Source: Nocardioides sp.
GTDB lineage: Bacteria; Actinomycetota; Actinomycetes; Propionibacteriales; Nocardioidaceae
Length of the DNA stretch: 64,000 nucleotides
Direction: 5' to 3'
Assembly (NCBI GenBank): GCA_026786275.1
Contig: JAJAYJ010000170.1
Location: 9,561 to 73,560, forward strand
Shown: piece by piece, positions 47,368 to 56,866 of the stretch
Numbering within the stretch: the first letter of the stretch is position 1
Layout of the letters: each line of letters starts with the position of its first letter
Notes under the pieces: generated by a model
What the model was told of the DNA's origin: nothing
The model's database searches: none
The model's input: only the letters and a program-made list of their open reading frames with translations
Translations under genes and position numbers: made by a program

Positions 47368-48162
47368 ATGAGCGAGCCCACCCCGCACCCCCGCACCCCC
47401 GCTGCCGGCACGCCCGAGCGCGGCCGGCTGCTCACGTTCGTGCTCCTCGTCGGGGTCGGGGTCTGCCTGCTCCTGGGGCTGCCGCTCACCGTCCTGGGGC
47501 TGATCGGGGTGCGGGACGCGGGCGGTCAGCTGATGCTGTGCCTCGGCCTGGTCCTCCTGGTCGCCGTCGCCGGTGGCGTGGGCCGCGAGCTCGCCGAGCG
47601 CTCCCACGACCGGCACCCCCCGAGCCCGCGGCTGGATCACTGGGACGGGGAGCCCGCGCTGCACCTGCCCCGCTCGGCCGGTCGCAGCCGGGTCTCGTCC
47701 TGGACCCTGACCGGCATCGCCGCGGTCTGCGGCCTCGGTGCTGTGCTGGCCCTCGGCGGCGGCCGCGTGCCCGGTGGTGTCGCGCTCCTGGTCCTCGCCG
47801 GGCTGCTCCTGCTCACGGCTGCCCCGTGGTCGGCGGGGGCCGGGGGAGTGTGGTTCACGCCGACCCGGGTCGCCCACGTGCAGGACGGCACCCGCTGGGA
47901 GGTGGCCTGGGACGACGTCACCGGGTCCTGGAAGGGCGAGCCGGTGCCCGTCATGCTCCGCCCGGGCGCGCGTCCGCGGATCCGTCGTACGCCGGCGGCG
48001 GGCCGCAAGCGGGGTCGCACCCGGGACGGCGACACGATGCTGATCGAGTCCCGCTACCTCGCCGGCGGTGCCGTGCTGGCCTCGTATGTCGTGCTCAACG
48101 CGGTCGGCGACCGGGCGTTCCGCGCGGCCCTGGGCAGCCCTGCCTCGTTGCCGCCGGGCTGA
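47368..48162 (+). CDS. Four-TM membrane protein with a PH-like C-terminal domain (putative immunity protein)
   Basis: Two TM hairpins, then GVWFTPTRV...EVAWDDV. Confidence 0.6.
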   Translation: MSEPTPHPRTPAAGTPERGRLLTFVLLVGVGVCLLLGLPLTVLGLIGVRDAGGQLMLCLGLVLLVAVAGGVGRELAERSHDRHPPSPRLDHWDGEPALHLPRSAGRSRVSSWTLTGIAAVCGLGAVLALGGGRVPGGVALLVLAGLLLLTAAPWSAGAGGVWFTPTRVAHVQDGTRWEVAWDDVTGSWKGEPVPVMLRPGARPRIRRTPAAGRKRGRTRDGDTMLIESRYLAGGAVLASYVVLNAVGDRAFRAALGSPASLPPG

Positions 48163-48166
48163 GGGC

Positions 48167-49540
48167 TCAGTCGCCTCGACCCGGCAGTCTCGCACGGGCC
48201 ACGCCGGCGAGGGCGGCGGCGACCTCGGGTGCGTGGTCGGGGGTGACCAGGCCGGAGGTGACCCGCACGTGGTCGCCGTCCATCTCGGCGTCGGCGGCGA
48301 GGAAGGCGCTCCCGCCCGCGACCCGGATGCCGACCGCGGCCAGGTGCAGCAGCGCCTCTCGCTCGTCGGTGACCGGCAGCCACAGGTTGATGCCGTCGGG
48401 CGTGGCCACCGGTACGCCGAGGTCGCCGAGTGCGGTCACCAGCGCCTGCTGGCGACCGAAGTACTGGCGCCGTGCCTCCGCCACCTCATCCATCGACCGG
48501 GCCTGGCTGAGCAGGTCGAGCAGGATCGTCTGCAGCATCCGGGACGTCCACCCCGGGCCGAGCATCCGCCGCGCCACGATCCGGTCGACCAGCAGCGCCG
48601 GCCCCCCCAGCGCGGCGATCCTCAGGTCGGGGCCGTGCGACTTCGAGAAGCTGCGCAGGTGCACCACCCGCTCCGGGACGAAGGCGCCCAGGGTGACGTC
48701 GGGCGCCGCCGAGATGGCACCGGAGTGGTCGTCCTCCAGCACCCACGGCAGCTCGAGCCCACGACGGCGCTGACGCTGCAGCACCCCCGCGAGCTCCTCG
48801 GCCCGGGCCGGGGTCATCGAGACCCCGGTCGGATTGTGGGCCCGCGGCTGGAGCACCACGGCCACCGGGCGGGACTCCAGCGCGCGAGCCAACGAGGCCG
48901 GCCGGACCCCCGCGGCGTCCAGGGCCACCGGCACCACCTCCCCGCCGAGCGCCTCGACCAGGTCGAAGAACGGCGGAAAGCCGGGTGACTCCAGGACCAC
49001 CCGGTCGCCGTACGACACCAGCTGCTCGAGGGTGCGGGCCACGCCGTCGGTGGCGCCGTCGACCACCGTCACGGCCTCGGCCCGGTGCGGCCAGGTCGCC
49101 GTGAGCACCTCGCGCAGCGCGGGCAGCACCGGCTCGTCCTGGTAGGCCCAGGTGCCGGCGCGGGCCGAGACCCGTTCCAACGCGGGCCCCAGGGGCGGCA
49201 GCAGGGCCGGGTCCGGCGTGCCCCGGGAAAGATCGAGCCGCAGGCCGTGGCGCCCGGGGCCGGAGAGCTGCTGCTGGCGAGGGCTCAGCCAGGGTCGCGG
49301 CGTCTCGCGCACGAAGGTGCCGGCCCGCCCGCGGGAGAGGACCAGGCCGGTACGCCGCAGCGCCTGCCAGGCCGCACTCACCGTGGCCGGGCTGACCCCG
49401 AGGTCACCCGCCACCTCGCGCACGGTCGGCAGCCGGTCCCCGGGGCCGAGCTCACCGGCCCGGATCGCCCGCGCGAGGACCGCGGCGATCCCGCGCGGGG
49501 TGCGGTCCTCGAGGCCCTCGAAACCGGAGATCCCGGTCAC
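48167..49540 (-). CDS. MocR/GabR-type GntR regulator with a PLP aminotransferase domain
   Basis: GDRLPTVREVAGDLGVSPATV, GRAGTFV, HNPTG, EDDH, RSFSKSHG. Confidence 0.9.
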   Translation of the reverse strand: MTGISGFEGLEDRTPRGIAAVLARAIRAGELGPGDRLPTVREVAGDLGVSPATVSAAWQALRRTGLVLSRGRAGTFVRETPRPWLSPRQQQLSGPGRHGLRLDLSRGTPDPALLPPLGPALERVSARAGTWAYQDEPVLPALREVLTATWPHRAEAVTVVDGATDGVARTLEQLVSYGDRVVLESPGFPPFFDLVEALGGEVVPVALDAAGVRPASLARALESRPVAVVLQPRAHNPTGVSMTPARAEELAGVLQRQRRRGLELPWVLEDDHSGAISAAPDVTLGAFVPERVVHLRSFSKSHGPDLRIAALGGPALLVDRIVARRMLGPGWTSRMLQTILLDLLSQARSMDEVAEARRQYFGRQQALVTALGDLGVPVATPDGINLWLPVTDEREALLHLAAVGIRVAGGSAFLAADAEMDGDHVRVTSGLVTPDHAPEVAAALAGVARARLPGRGD

Positions 49541-49578
49541 TGCTGCATCACGAGATCCTCCCAATCACGCGTCAAGGG

Positions 49579-49616
49579 TTGACGTGAGCGAAATCACAGG
49601 GAAATGTTCAGGTAAC
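49579..49616 (+). promoter_or_regulatory. GlnR-box-like 11-bp phased repeats upstream of the pyrimidine operon
   Basis: TTGAC-n6-GAAAT-n6-GAAAT-n6-GTAAC, compared with the consensus gTnAc-n6-GaAAc. Confidence 0.6.
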
Positions 49617-49654
49617 ACGATAACAGTTCGTCTCCCCGCCTCCAGGAGGATCAG

Positions 49655-50515
49655 TTGACCGTCGACAGCCACATCATTAGGGCCGCCATCACCCAGACGA
49701 CGTGGACCGGCGACAAGGAGTCGATGCTCGACAAGCACGAGCAGTTCGCGCGTGACGCCGCCGCCCAGGGCGCTCAGGTCATCTGCTTCCAGGAGCTGTT
49801 CTACGGGCCCTACTTCGGTATCACCCAGGACCGGAAGTACTACCGCTACGCCGAGCCCGTCGACGGCCCGATCGTGCAGCGCTTCGCGGCCCTGGCCAAG
49901 GAGCTGTCGATGGTGATGATCCTGCCGATCTACGAGGAGGAGCAGACCGGCGTCTACTACAACACCGCGGTCTGCGTGGACGCCGACGGCACGATCCTGG
50001 GCAGCTACCGCAAGAACCACATCCCGCACGTGGAGAAGTTCTGGGAGAAGTTCTACTTCCGGCCCGGCAACCTCGGCTACCCCGTCTTCGACACCGCGGT
50101 CGGCAAGATCGGCATCTACATCTGCTACGACCGGCACTTCCCGGAGGGCTGGCGCGAGCTGGGCCTGAACGGCGCCCACATGGTGTTCAACCCCAACGCG
50201 ACCAAGCCCGGGCTCTCCAACCGGCTGTGGGAGGTCGAGCAGCCGTGCGCGGCCGTGGCCAACGGCTACTTCGTGCTCGCACCCAACCGGGTCGGCCTCG
50301 AGGACAACGAGTACGGCGACGAGGCCGTCGACTTCTACGGCACCAGCCAGGTCGTCGACCCCCGCGGCAACTACGTGGGGGAGCTGGGCAGCTCGGAGAA
50401 GGAGGAGGTGCTGGTGCGCGACCTCGACCTCACCCTGGTGCAGGCGATGCGCGACGACTGGCAGTTCTACCGCGACCGTCGCCCCGACTCCTACACCGCG
50501 ATCTCGCAGGCCTGA
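49655..50515 (+). CDS. Nitrilase-family beta-ureidopropionase
   Basis: CFQELF (Glu), YRKNHIP (Lys), ICYDRHFPE (Cys), FWEKFYF; TTG start with AGGAGG. Confidence 0.9.
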   Translation: MTVDSHIIRAAITQTTWTGDKESMLDKHEQFARDAAAQGAQVICFQELFYGPYFGITQDRKYYRYAEPVDGPIVQRFAALAKELSMVMILPIYEEEQTGVYYNTAVCVDADGTILGSYRKNHIPHVEKFWEKFYFRPGNLGYPVFDTAVGKIGIYICYDRHFPEGWRELGLNGAHMVFNPNATKPGLSNRLWEVEQPCAAVANGYFVLAPNRVGLEDNEYGDEAVDFYGTSQVVDPRGNYVGELGSSEKEEVLVRDLDLTLVQAMRDDWQFYRDRRPDSYTAISQA

Positions 50516-50519
50516 GCCG

Positions 50520-51977
50520 ATGAGCACGATGCTGGTGCAGGGCGGCACGGTCGTCAGCTCGACCGGGCGCACCCGGGCCGACGTCCTCGTGGACGGCGAG
50601 AAGATCGTCGCCCTGCTCGCCCCGGGGCAGGCCACGCTCGGCGTGGACGTGGCCGGATCGGTCGACACCGTGATCGACGCCACCGGCCGCTACGTCATCC
50701 CGGGCGGCATCGATGCGCACACCCACATGGAGTTGCCCTTCGGCGGCACCAACGCCAGCGACACCTTCGAGACCGGCACGATCGCGGCGGCCTGGGGCGG
50801 CACCACCTCGATCATCGACTTCGCCGTGCAGAGGACCGGGGAGCGGGTCGAGACCGGCCTGGCCGCCTGGCACGACAAGGCGGCCGGCAACTGCGCGGTC
50901 GACTACGGCTTCCACCAGATCGTCGGGGGCGTGGACGAGTACTCCCTCAAGGCCATGGCGACACTGGCCGACGAGGGCATCACCAGCTACAAGCTGTTCA
51001 TGGCCTACCCCGGTGTCTTCTACTCCGACGACGCCCAGATCCTCACGGCGATGCAGAAGGCCGCCGAGCTCGGGCTGCTGACGATGATGCACGCCGAGAA
51101 CGGCCCGGCCATCGACGTGCTCGCCCAGCAGCTCTACGACCAGGGCAAGACCACGCCGTACTTCCACGGTGTCGCGCGCGCCTGGCAGCTGGAGGAGGAA
51201 GCCACCCACCGCGCGATCATGCTGGCCGACCTCACCGAGGCACCCCTCTACGTCGTGCACGTGAGCGCCAAGCAGGCCGTCGCCCAGCTCGCCGCGGCCC
51301 GCGACCGCGGCAAGAACGTCTTCGGAGAGACCTGCCCGCAGTACCTCTACCTCTCCCTGGAGGAGCAGCTCGGCGCACTCAGCAGTCCCGGGGACGGACC
51401 CGACTGGGGAGACTTCGAGGGAGCCAAGTGGGTCTGTTCGACCCCGCTGCGCTCCCGCGCGGAGGGCCACCAGGCCGCCATGTGGCAGGGCCTGCGCACC
51501 AACGACCTGCAGATGGTCTCCACCGACCACTGCCCGTTCTGCATGAAGGACCAGAAGGAGCTCGGCAAGGGCGACTTTCGCGCCATCCCCAACGGCATCG
51601 GCTCGATCGAGCACCGCCTCGACCTGATGTACCAGGGTGTCGTCACCGGGGAGATCACCCTGGAGCGCTGGGTCGAGCTGACCTCGACCACACCGGCGCG
51701 GATGTTCGGGCTGTACGGCGTCAAGGGCGTGCTCCAGCCGGGCGCGGACGCCGACATCGTCGTCTACGACCCGGCCGGCCACACCGCGATCGGCGTGGGC
51801 GCGGGCCGGACGCACCACATGAACATGGACCACTCCGCCTGGGAGGGCTTCGAGATCGACGGCCACGTCGACGTCGTGATCTCGCGCGGCGAGGTCCTCG
51901 TGGCGGACGGCGAGTTCCACGGTCGCGTCGGCCACGGTCGGTACCTCAAGCGCGGCCTGTCCCAATACCTCCTCTAG
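50520..51977 (+). CDS. hydA: Dihydropyrimidinase
   Basis: PGGIDAHTH, GGTT, SYKLFMAY, HAENG, ETCPQYL, STDHCPF, IPNG. Confidence 0.95.
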   Translation: MSTMLVQGGTVVSSTGRTRADVLVDGEKIVALLAPGQATLGVDVAGSVDTVIDATGRYVIPGGIDAHTHMELPFGGTNASDTFETGTIAAAWGGTTSIIDFAVQRTGERVETGLAAWHDKAAGNCAVDYGFHQIVGGVDEYSLKAMATLADEGITSYKLFMAYPGVFYSDDAQILTAMQKAAELGLLTMMHAENGPAIDVLAQQLYDQGKTTPYFHGVARAWQLEEEATHRAIMLADLTEAPLYVVHVSAKQAVAQLAAARDRGKNVFGETCPQYLYLSLEEQLGALSSPGDGPDWGDFEGAKWVCSTPLRSRAEGHQAAMWQGLRTNDLQMVSTDHCPFCMKDQKELGKGDFRAIPNGIGSIEHRLDLMYQGVVTGEITLERWVELTSTTPARMFGLYGVKGVLQPGADADIVVYDPAGHTAIGVGAGRTHHMNMDHSAWEGFEIDGHVDVVISRGEVLVADGEFHGRVGHGRYLKRGLSQYLL

Positions 51978-52035
51978 CGGGTTTCGAGGCTCGTCGCTGA
52001 CTCACCTCGCACCTCAACCATCGAATGGGACACCT

Positions 52036-53064
52036 ATGGACTTCGGAGTAGTTCTCCAGACCAACCCGCCCGCATGGCGGACCGTGGGCCTGGCCCAGCA
52101 GGCCGAGGAGCACGGGTTCGACTACGTGTGGACCTTCGACTCGCACCTGCTGTGGCAGGAGCCCTACGTCATCTACTCGGCGATCCTGGCCGCCACCCGG
52201 CGGGTGATCGTGGGGCCGATGGTCACCAACCCGGCCACCCGCGACTGGACGGTCACGGCGTCGGTCTTCGCTACCCTGAACGAGATGTACGGCAACCGCA
52301 CCGTGTGCGGGATCGGGCGCGGCGACTCCGCCGTGCGGGTCCTCAACGGCAAGCCGACCACCCTCAAGGAGGTCCGCGAGGCCACCCACGTGATCCGCGA
52401 GCTGGCCAACTGTCGCGCGGTCGAGCACCACGGCACCACGCTGCAGTTCCCCTGGGCGCGGACCTCGGAGCTGGAGGTGTGGGTGGCGGCGTACGGGCCG
52501 CTGGCGCTGAAGACCACTGGCGAGGTGGGCGACGGCTTCATCCTGCAGCTCGCCGACGTCGACATCGCGACCTGGATGATCGCCACGGTCCGCGACGCGG
52601 CCGAGAAGGCCGGCCGCGACCCCGACTCGATCACGTTCTGCGTGGCCGCGCCCATGTACGTCGGCGAGGACACCCCGCAGGCGTGGGCGCACATGCGCGA
52701 ACAGTGCCGGTGGTTCGGCGGCATGGTCGGCAACCACGTGGCCGACATCGTCGCGAAGTACGGCGAGGGCGCCGGCGTGCCCCAGGCGCTGACCGACTAC
52801 ATCAAGGGCCGCGAGGGCTACGACTACAACGAGCACGGCCGGGCCGGCAACACGCACACCGCGTTCGTGCCCGACGAGATCGTCGACCGCTTCTGCATCC
52901 TCGGCACCCCCGAGGACCACATCGCCAAGCTCGAGGCGCTCAAGGCGATCGGGGTGCATCAGTTCGCGGGCTACCTCCAGCACGACAACAAGGAGGAGAC
53001 CCTGCGGGTGTACGGCGAGACGATCATCCCGGCGCTGCGCGACCAGGTGACGGCGAAGGCCTGA
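52036..53064 (+). CDS. LLM-class, probably F420-dependent oxidoreductase (TIGR03842-like)
   Basis: WTFDSHLLW, GPMVTNPATRD, GIGRGDS, VAAYGP, GDGFILQ; sits between hydA and the ABC genes. Confidence 0.85.
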   Translation: MDFGVVLQTNPPAWRTVGLAQQAEEHGFDYVWTFDSHLLWQEPYVIYSAILAATRRVIVGPMVTNPATRDWTVTASVFATLNEMYGNRTVCGIGRGDSAVRVLNGKPTTLKEVREATHVIRELANCRAVEHHGTTLQFPWARTSELEVWVAAYGPLALKTTGEVGDGFILQLADVDIATWMIATVRDAAEKAGRDPDSITFCVAAPMYVGEDTPQAWAHMREQCRWFGGMVGNHVADIVAKYGEGAGVPQALTDYIKGREGYDYNEHGRAGNTHTAFVPDEIVDRFCILGTPEDHIAKLEALKAIGVHQFAGYLQHDNKEETLRVYGETIIPALRDQVTAKA

Positions 53065-53957
53065 TGACGGGCTCGACGACGCTGACCCGCCGGGTCCGCC
53101 AGCTGTGCCTCGGTCTCCTCGGCGTGCTGCTGCTGGCGGCGCTGTGGGACCTCTACAAGGCCTTCGGACCCGAGGCCGGGGTCACCGTGGGCGAGCAGAC
53201 CCTGGTGCTGCCGCGCACCACCGACCTGGCGATGCCCCACACCTGGGAGATGCTGCAGCGGCTCACCGAGCCGGTCACCTCCGCCCGGGATGCGCCCTCC
53301 GCACTGTCGGCCGTGCTCGACGCGAGCGGGTTCACCTTGGGGATCGCGGCCCGCGGCTGGCTGATCGGGGTCGTGGTCGGCCTCGTGCTGGCCCTGCTGA
53401 TGAGCCGCTTCCGCACCGCCGAGTCGGCGCTGCTGCCGTGGGTGGTGCTGAGCCAGACGGTGCCGTTGATCGCGATCGCGCCGCTGGTACGGCGCTGGGG
53501 TTCGGCGCTGTCCTTCGGCGGCTTCGAGTGGACCAGCGAGCACTCGGTGTCGGTGATCGCGGCGTACCTCGCCTTCTTCCCCGTCGCCGTGGGTGCGCTG
53601 CGTGGCCTGAAGTCGCCCGACCGGACCCACGTCGACCTGATGACGGCGTACGGCGTGGGGTGGTGGCGCAGCCTGGTCTCGCTGCGGCTGCCCTCCAGCG
53701 TGCCCTTCCTGCTCCCCGCGCTGCGGCTCTCGGCCGCCAGCGCGGTGATCGGCACGGTGGTGGCCGAGGTCTCGATCAGCCTGCGCGGCGGGATCGGGCG
53801 GATGGTCGTGGAGTTCGCCCAGTCCGCGGGCGGGGACCCGGCCAAGGCGTGGGCGCCGATCTTCGGGGCCGTGCTCGTCGGCCTGGTGGCGGCCGGCGCG
53901 GTCGGCCTGCTCGGGCTGGCCCTGCGTCCCTTCGCCCTGACGGAGCCGGTCCGATGA
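53064..53957 (+). CDS. ABC transporter permease (NitT/TauT type)
   Basis: SQTVPLIAIAPL, AFFPV, LRLPSSVPFL. Confidence 0.9.
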   Translation: MTGSTTLTRRVRQLCLGLLGVLLLAALWDLYKAFGPEAGVTVGEQTLVLPRTTDLAMPHTWEMLQRLTEPVTSARDAPSALSAVLDASGFTLGIAARGWLIGVVVGLVLALLMSRFRTAESALLPWVVLSQTVPLIAIAPLVRRWGSALSFGGFEWTSEHSVSVIAAYLAFFPVAVGALRGLKSPDRTHVDLMTAYGVGWWRSLVSLRLPSSVPFLLPALRLSAASAVIGTVVAEVSISLRGGIGRMVVEFAQSAGGDPAKAWAPIFGAVLVGLVAAGAVGLLGLALRPFALTEPVR

Positions 53958-54778
53958 GGGCCATGACGTCGGCGGCGATCCAGGTCACCGGGGTGCACCG
54001 GGTCTTCACCCGCAAGAAGGACCAGGTGGTGGCGCTCGACGACGTGGACCTGACGGTCGGGGCGGGCGAGTTCGTGTCGCTGATCGGGCCCAGCGGGTGC
54101 GGCAAGAGCACCCTGCTGCGCCTCGTCGCCGACCTCGACGCCCCGACCAGCGGCAGCATCCAGGTCTTTGGCAAGCCCGCCCGGCAGGCCCGGCTGGACC
54201 AGGACTACGGCATCGCCTTTCAGCAGGCGGGTCTGCTGCCGTGGCGCACGGTGAGCGGCAACATCGAGCTGCCGCTGGCGCTGCACGGCTACCCGAAGGC
54301 GGACCGCAGGTCCCGCGCAGCCGAGCTCCTCGAGCTGGTCGGGCTCTCCGACTTCGCCCAGCACCATCCCGACCAGCTCTCCGGTGGCATGCAGCAGCGG
54401 GTGGCGATCGCCCGGGCGCTGGCCGAGCGGCCCCGGTTGCTGCTGATGGACGAGCCGTTCGGTGCCCTCGACGAGATGACCCGCGAGCGGATGCAGAACG
54501 AGCTGGTGCGGATCTGTGCGGAGACCGGTGCCGCCGTCCTCTTCGTGACCCACTCGATCCCCGAGGCGGTCTTCCTCTCCGACCGGGTCGTGGTCATGTC
54601 GCCGCGCCCGGGCCGGATCGTCGATGTGGTCGCGGTGCAGGCAGGGGGCCTCGGCCCCTCGCAGGACCGCACCGACGCGGTGCGGGACGCCGAGAGCTTC
54701 TTCCACAGCGTCGCGCGGGTCCGCGAGCTGCTGCACGGCGCCCCGGCCCCGGGCGCTCGCGGGGTCGAGGCCCGATGA
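53954..54778 (+). CDS. ABC transporter ATP-binding protein
   Basis: GPSGCGKST, LSGGMQQR, LLMDEPFGALD, VTH. Confidence 0.95.
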   Translation: MRAMTSAAIQVTGVHRVFTRKKDQVVALDDVDLTVGAGEFVSLIGPSGCGKSTLLRLVADLDAPTSGSIQVFGKPARQARLDQDYGIAFQQAGLLPWRTVSGNIELPLALHGYPKADRRSRAAELLELVGLSDFAQHHPDQLSGGMQQRVAIARALAERPRLLLMDEPFGALDEMTRERMQNELVRICAETGAAVLFVTHSIPEAVFLSDRVVVMSPRPGRIVDVVAVQAGGLGPSQDRTDAVRDAESFFHSVARVRELLHGAPAPGARGVEAR

Positions 54779-55587
54779 GCGCCCTGTCGGGGCAGAGCGC
54801 CCGCGACGTCCGGGCCCGGCTGCCGATCACCGACGCCCGGGCGATGAGCGTGGTCGCCCCGGTCGTCTTCGGTGCCGCCCTGCTCGGCCTCTGGCAGCTC
54901 GCCGTGGTCGCGCTCGACATCGACGCCTACGTCGTCCCGGCCCCCAGCGACATCTGGTCTGAGCTCGCCGCCAACCACGCCACGATCCTGGACGGTGCCT
55001 TGAGCACCGGTCGCAACGCGCTGCTCGGCATGCTCGCCGGCGCGCTCGTCGGCGTGCTCGCTGCGGTCCTCTCCAGCGCCGTGCGGGTGATCGACCAGAT
55101 GGCCGTGCCGGTCGTGGCCGCGCTGTCCGTGGTCCCGATCGTCGCGCTCGCGCCGGTGCTCTACACGTTGTACGGCGCGGCGGTCGACACCGCGCGGATC
55201 CTGGTGGCCGCGCTGTCGGTCACCATCCCGGTCTACCTCAACACGCTGCGCGGGCTGCGCCAGGTCAGCGCCGTGCACCGTGACCTGATGACGGCCTACG
55301 CGGCCGGCCCCCTGCAGGTCGCGCGCTCGGTCACGCTGCCCACGGCCACGCCGTACGTCTTCACGGGGCTGCGGATCGCCTCGTCGCTGGCCGTGATCTC
55401 CGCCCTGATCGCAGAGTACTTCGGCGGCCCGATCGGCGGCCTCGGCAAGTCGATCACCTCCGCGGCGTCGAGCAGCAACTACCCGCTGGCCTACGCCTAC
55501 GTGGTCGGCGCGATCGGTCTCGGGCTCGCCTTCTACGTCGTCACCCTGCTCGTCGAGCTGTGGTTCTCCCGCCACAGGTCCACCTGA
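54775..55587 (+). CDS. ABC transporter permease (NitT/TauT type)
   Basis: VPAPSDI, VPIVALAP, LPTATPYVFTGLR, IAEYFGG. Confidence 0.9.
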   Translation: MSALSGQSARDVRARLPITDARAMSVVAPVVFGAALLGLWQLAVVALDIDAYVVPAPSDIWSELAANHATILDGALSTGRNALLGMLAGALVGVLAAVLSSAVRVIDQMAVPVVAALSVVPIVALAPVLYTLYGAAVDTARILVAALSVTIPVYLNTLRGLRQVSAVHRDLMTAYAAGPLQVARSVTLPTATPYVFTGLRIASSLAVISALIAEYFGGPIGGLGKSITSAASSSNYPLAYAYVVGAIGLGLAFYVVTLLVELWFSRHRST

Positions 55588-55619
55588 CCCACCCGTCCCA
55601 CCACCTGAGGAGAATGCAC

Positions 55620-56792
55620 ATGACCCGCACCCCACGTCCCGGGACGCACCGCGCCCGGCCCTGGCTCACGCTGAGCGCCACCGTCGCCGCCCTGGCCCTG
55701 AGCCTGTCCAGCTGCGGCAGCGGCGACAGCGGCGGCAGCGACTCCGGTGGCAGCGCCGACAGCGGGCTGAGACCCGTCACGCTCCAGCTCCAGTGGGTCG
55801 CGCAGGCCCAGTTCGCGGGCTATTACGCCGCGCTCGACCAGGGCTACTACGCCGACGAGGGTCTCGACGTCGAGATCGTAGAGGGCGGGCCCGACATCGT
55901 GCCGCAGGACGTGCTCGCCGCCGGCGACGTGGACTACGCGATCTCGTGGGTGCCCAAGGTGCTCGGCTCGATCGAGCAGGGCGCCGGCATCACCGACGTC
56001 GCACAGATCTTCGAGCGCAGCGCCACCACCCAGGTCTCCTTCAAGGACAAGGACATCACCTCCCCGGCCGACTTCGCGGGCAAGAACGTCGGCAGCTGGG
56101 GCTACGGCAACGAGTGGGAGCTCTTCGCAGGCATGCAGAAGGACGGCGTCGAGCTCGGCGACATCAACCTGGTGCAGCAGGCCTTCGACATGAACGCGCT
56201 GCTCGCCGGCGACATCGACGTGGCCCAGGCGATGACCTACAACGAGTACGCCCAGGTGCTCGAGACGGTCAACCCGGACACCGGTGAGCTCTACCAGCCC
56301 GAGGACCTCAACGTGGTGGACTGGAACGACATCGGCACCGCGATGCTGCAGGACGCCATCTGGGCCCAGAGCGCCGAGCTCGACGACCCGGCGTATGCCG
56401 ACCAGACGGTCGCGTTCATCAAGGCCTCGATCAAGGGCTGGGTCTACGCCCGGGACAACGCGCAGGAGGCCGCCGACATCGTGACCGCCGCCGGTTCGCA
56501 GCTCGGCACCAGCCACCAGCTCTGGATGACCAACGAGGTCAACAAGCTGATCTGGCCCTCCACCGACGGGGTCGGCCTGGTCGACCAGGCCGCCTGGGAC
56601 CAGACCGTCGACATCGCCATGGCGACGAAGAACGAGACCGGTGCCACCATCATCACCGAGGCTCCGCCGGAGACGGCCTACTCCAACGAGTACGTCGAGA
56701 AGGCGCTGAAGGCGCTGCGCACCGAGGGCGTCGACGTCGACGGCGCCGGCTACACACCGATCGAGGTCACCCTGAACGAGGGCGGCAACTGA
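55620..56792 (+). CDS. ABC substrate-binding lipoprotein (NMT1/THI5-like, pyrimidine)
   Basis: Lipobox LSSC; LQLQWVAQAQFAGYY, QAMTYNE. Confidence 0.9.
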   Translation: MTRTPRPGTHRARPWLTLSATVAALALSLSSCGSGDSGGSDSGGSADSGLRPVTLQLQWVAQAQFAGYYAALDQGYYADEGLDVEIVEGGPDIVPQDVLAAGDVDYAISWVPKVLGSIEQGAGITDVAQIFERSATTQVSFKDKDITSPADFAGKNVGSWGYGNEWELFAGMQKDGVELGDINLVQQAFDMNALLAGDIDVAQAMTYNEYAQVLETVNPDTGELYQPEDLNVVDWNDIGTAMLQDAIWAQSAELDDPAYADQTVAFIKASIKGWVYARDNAQEAADIVTAAGSQLGTSHQLWMTNEVNKLIWPSTDGVGLVDQAAWDQTVDIAMATKNETGATIITEAPPETAYSNEYVEKALKALRTEGVDVDGAGYTPIEVTLNEGGN

Positions 56793-56796
56793 GAGA

Positions 56797-56832
56797 CCCG
56801 GTGGGCGGAGGTCGCCACGTCCGCCCACCGGG
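56797..56832 (+). terminator. Intercistronic 13-bp hairpin after the SBP gene (attenuator or mRNA stabiliser)
   Basis: CCCGGTGGGCGGA / TCCGCCCACCGGG. Confidence 0.6.
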
Positions 56833-56866
56833 CACCCCCCGAGAACGGCCCACCGAACGGAGCAGC

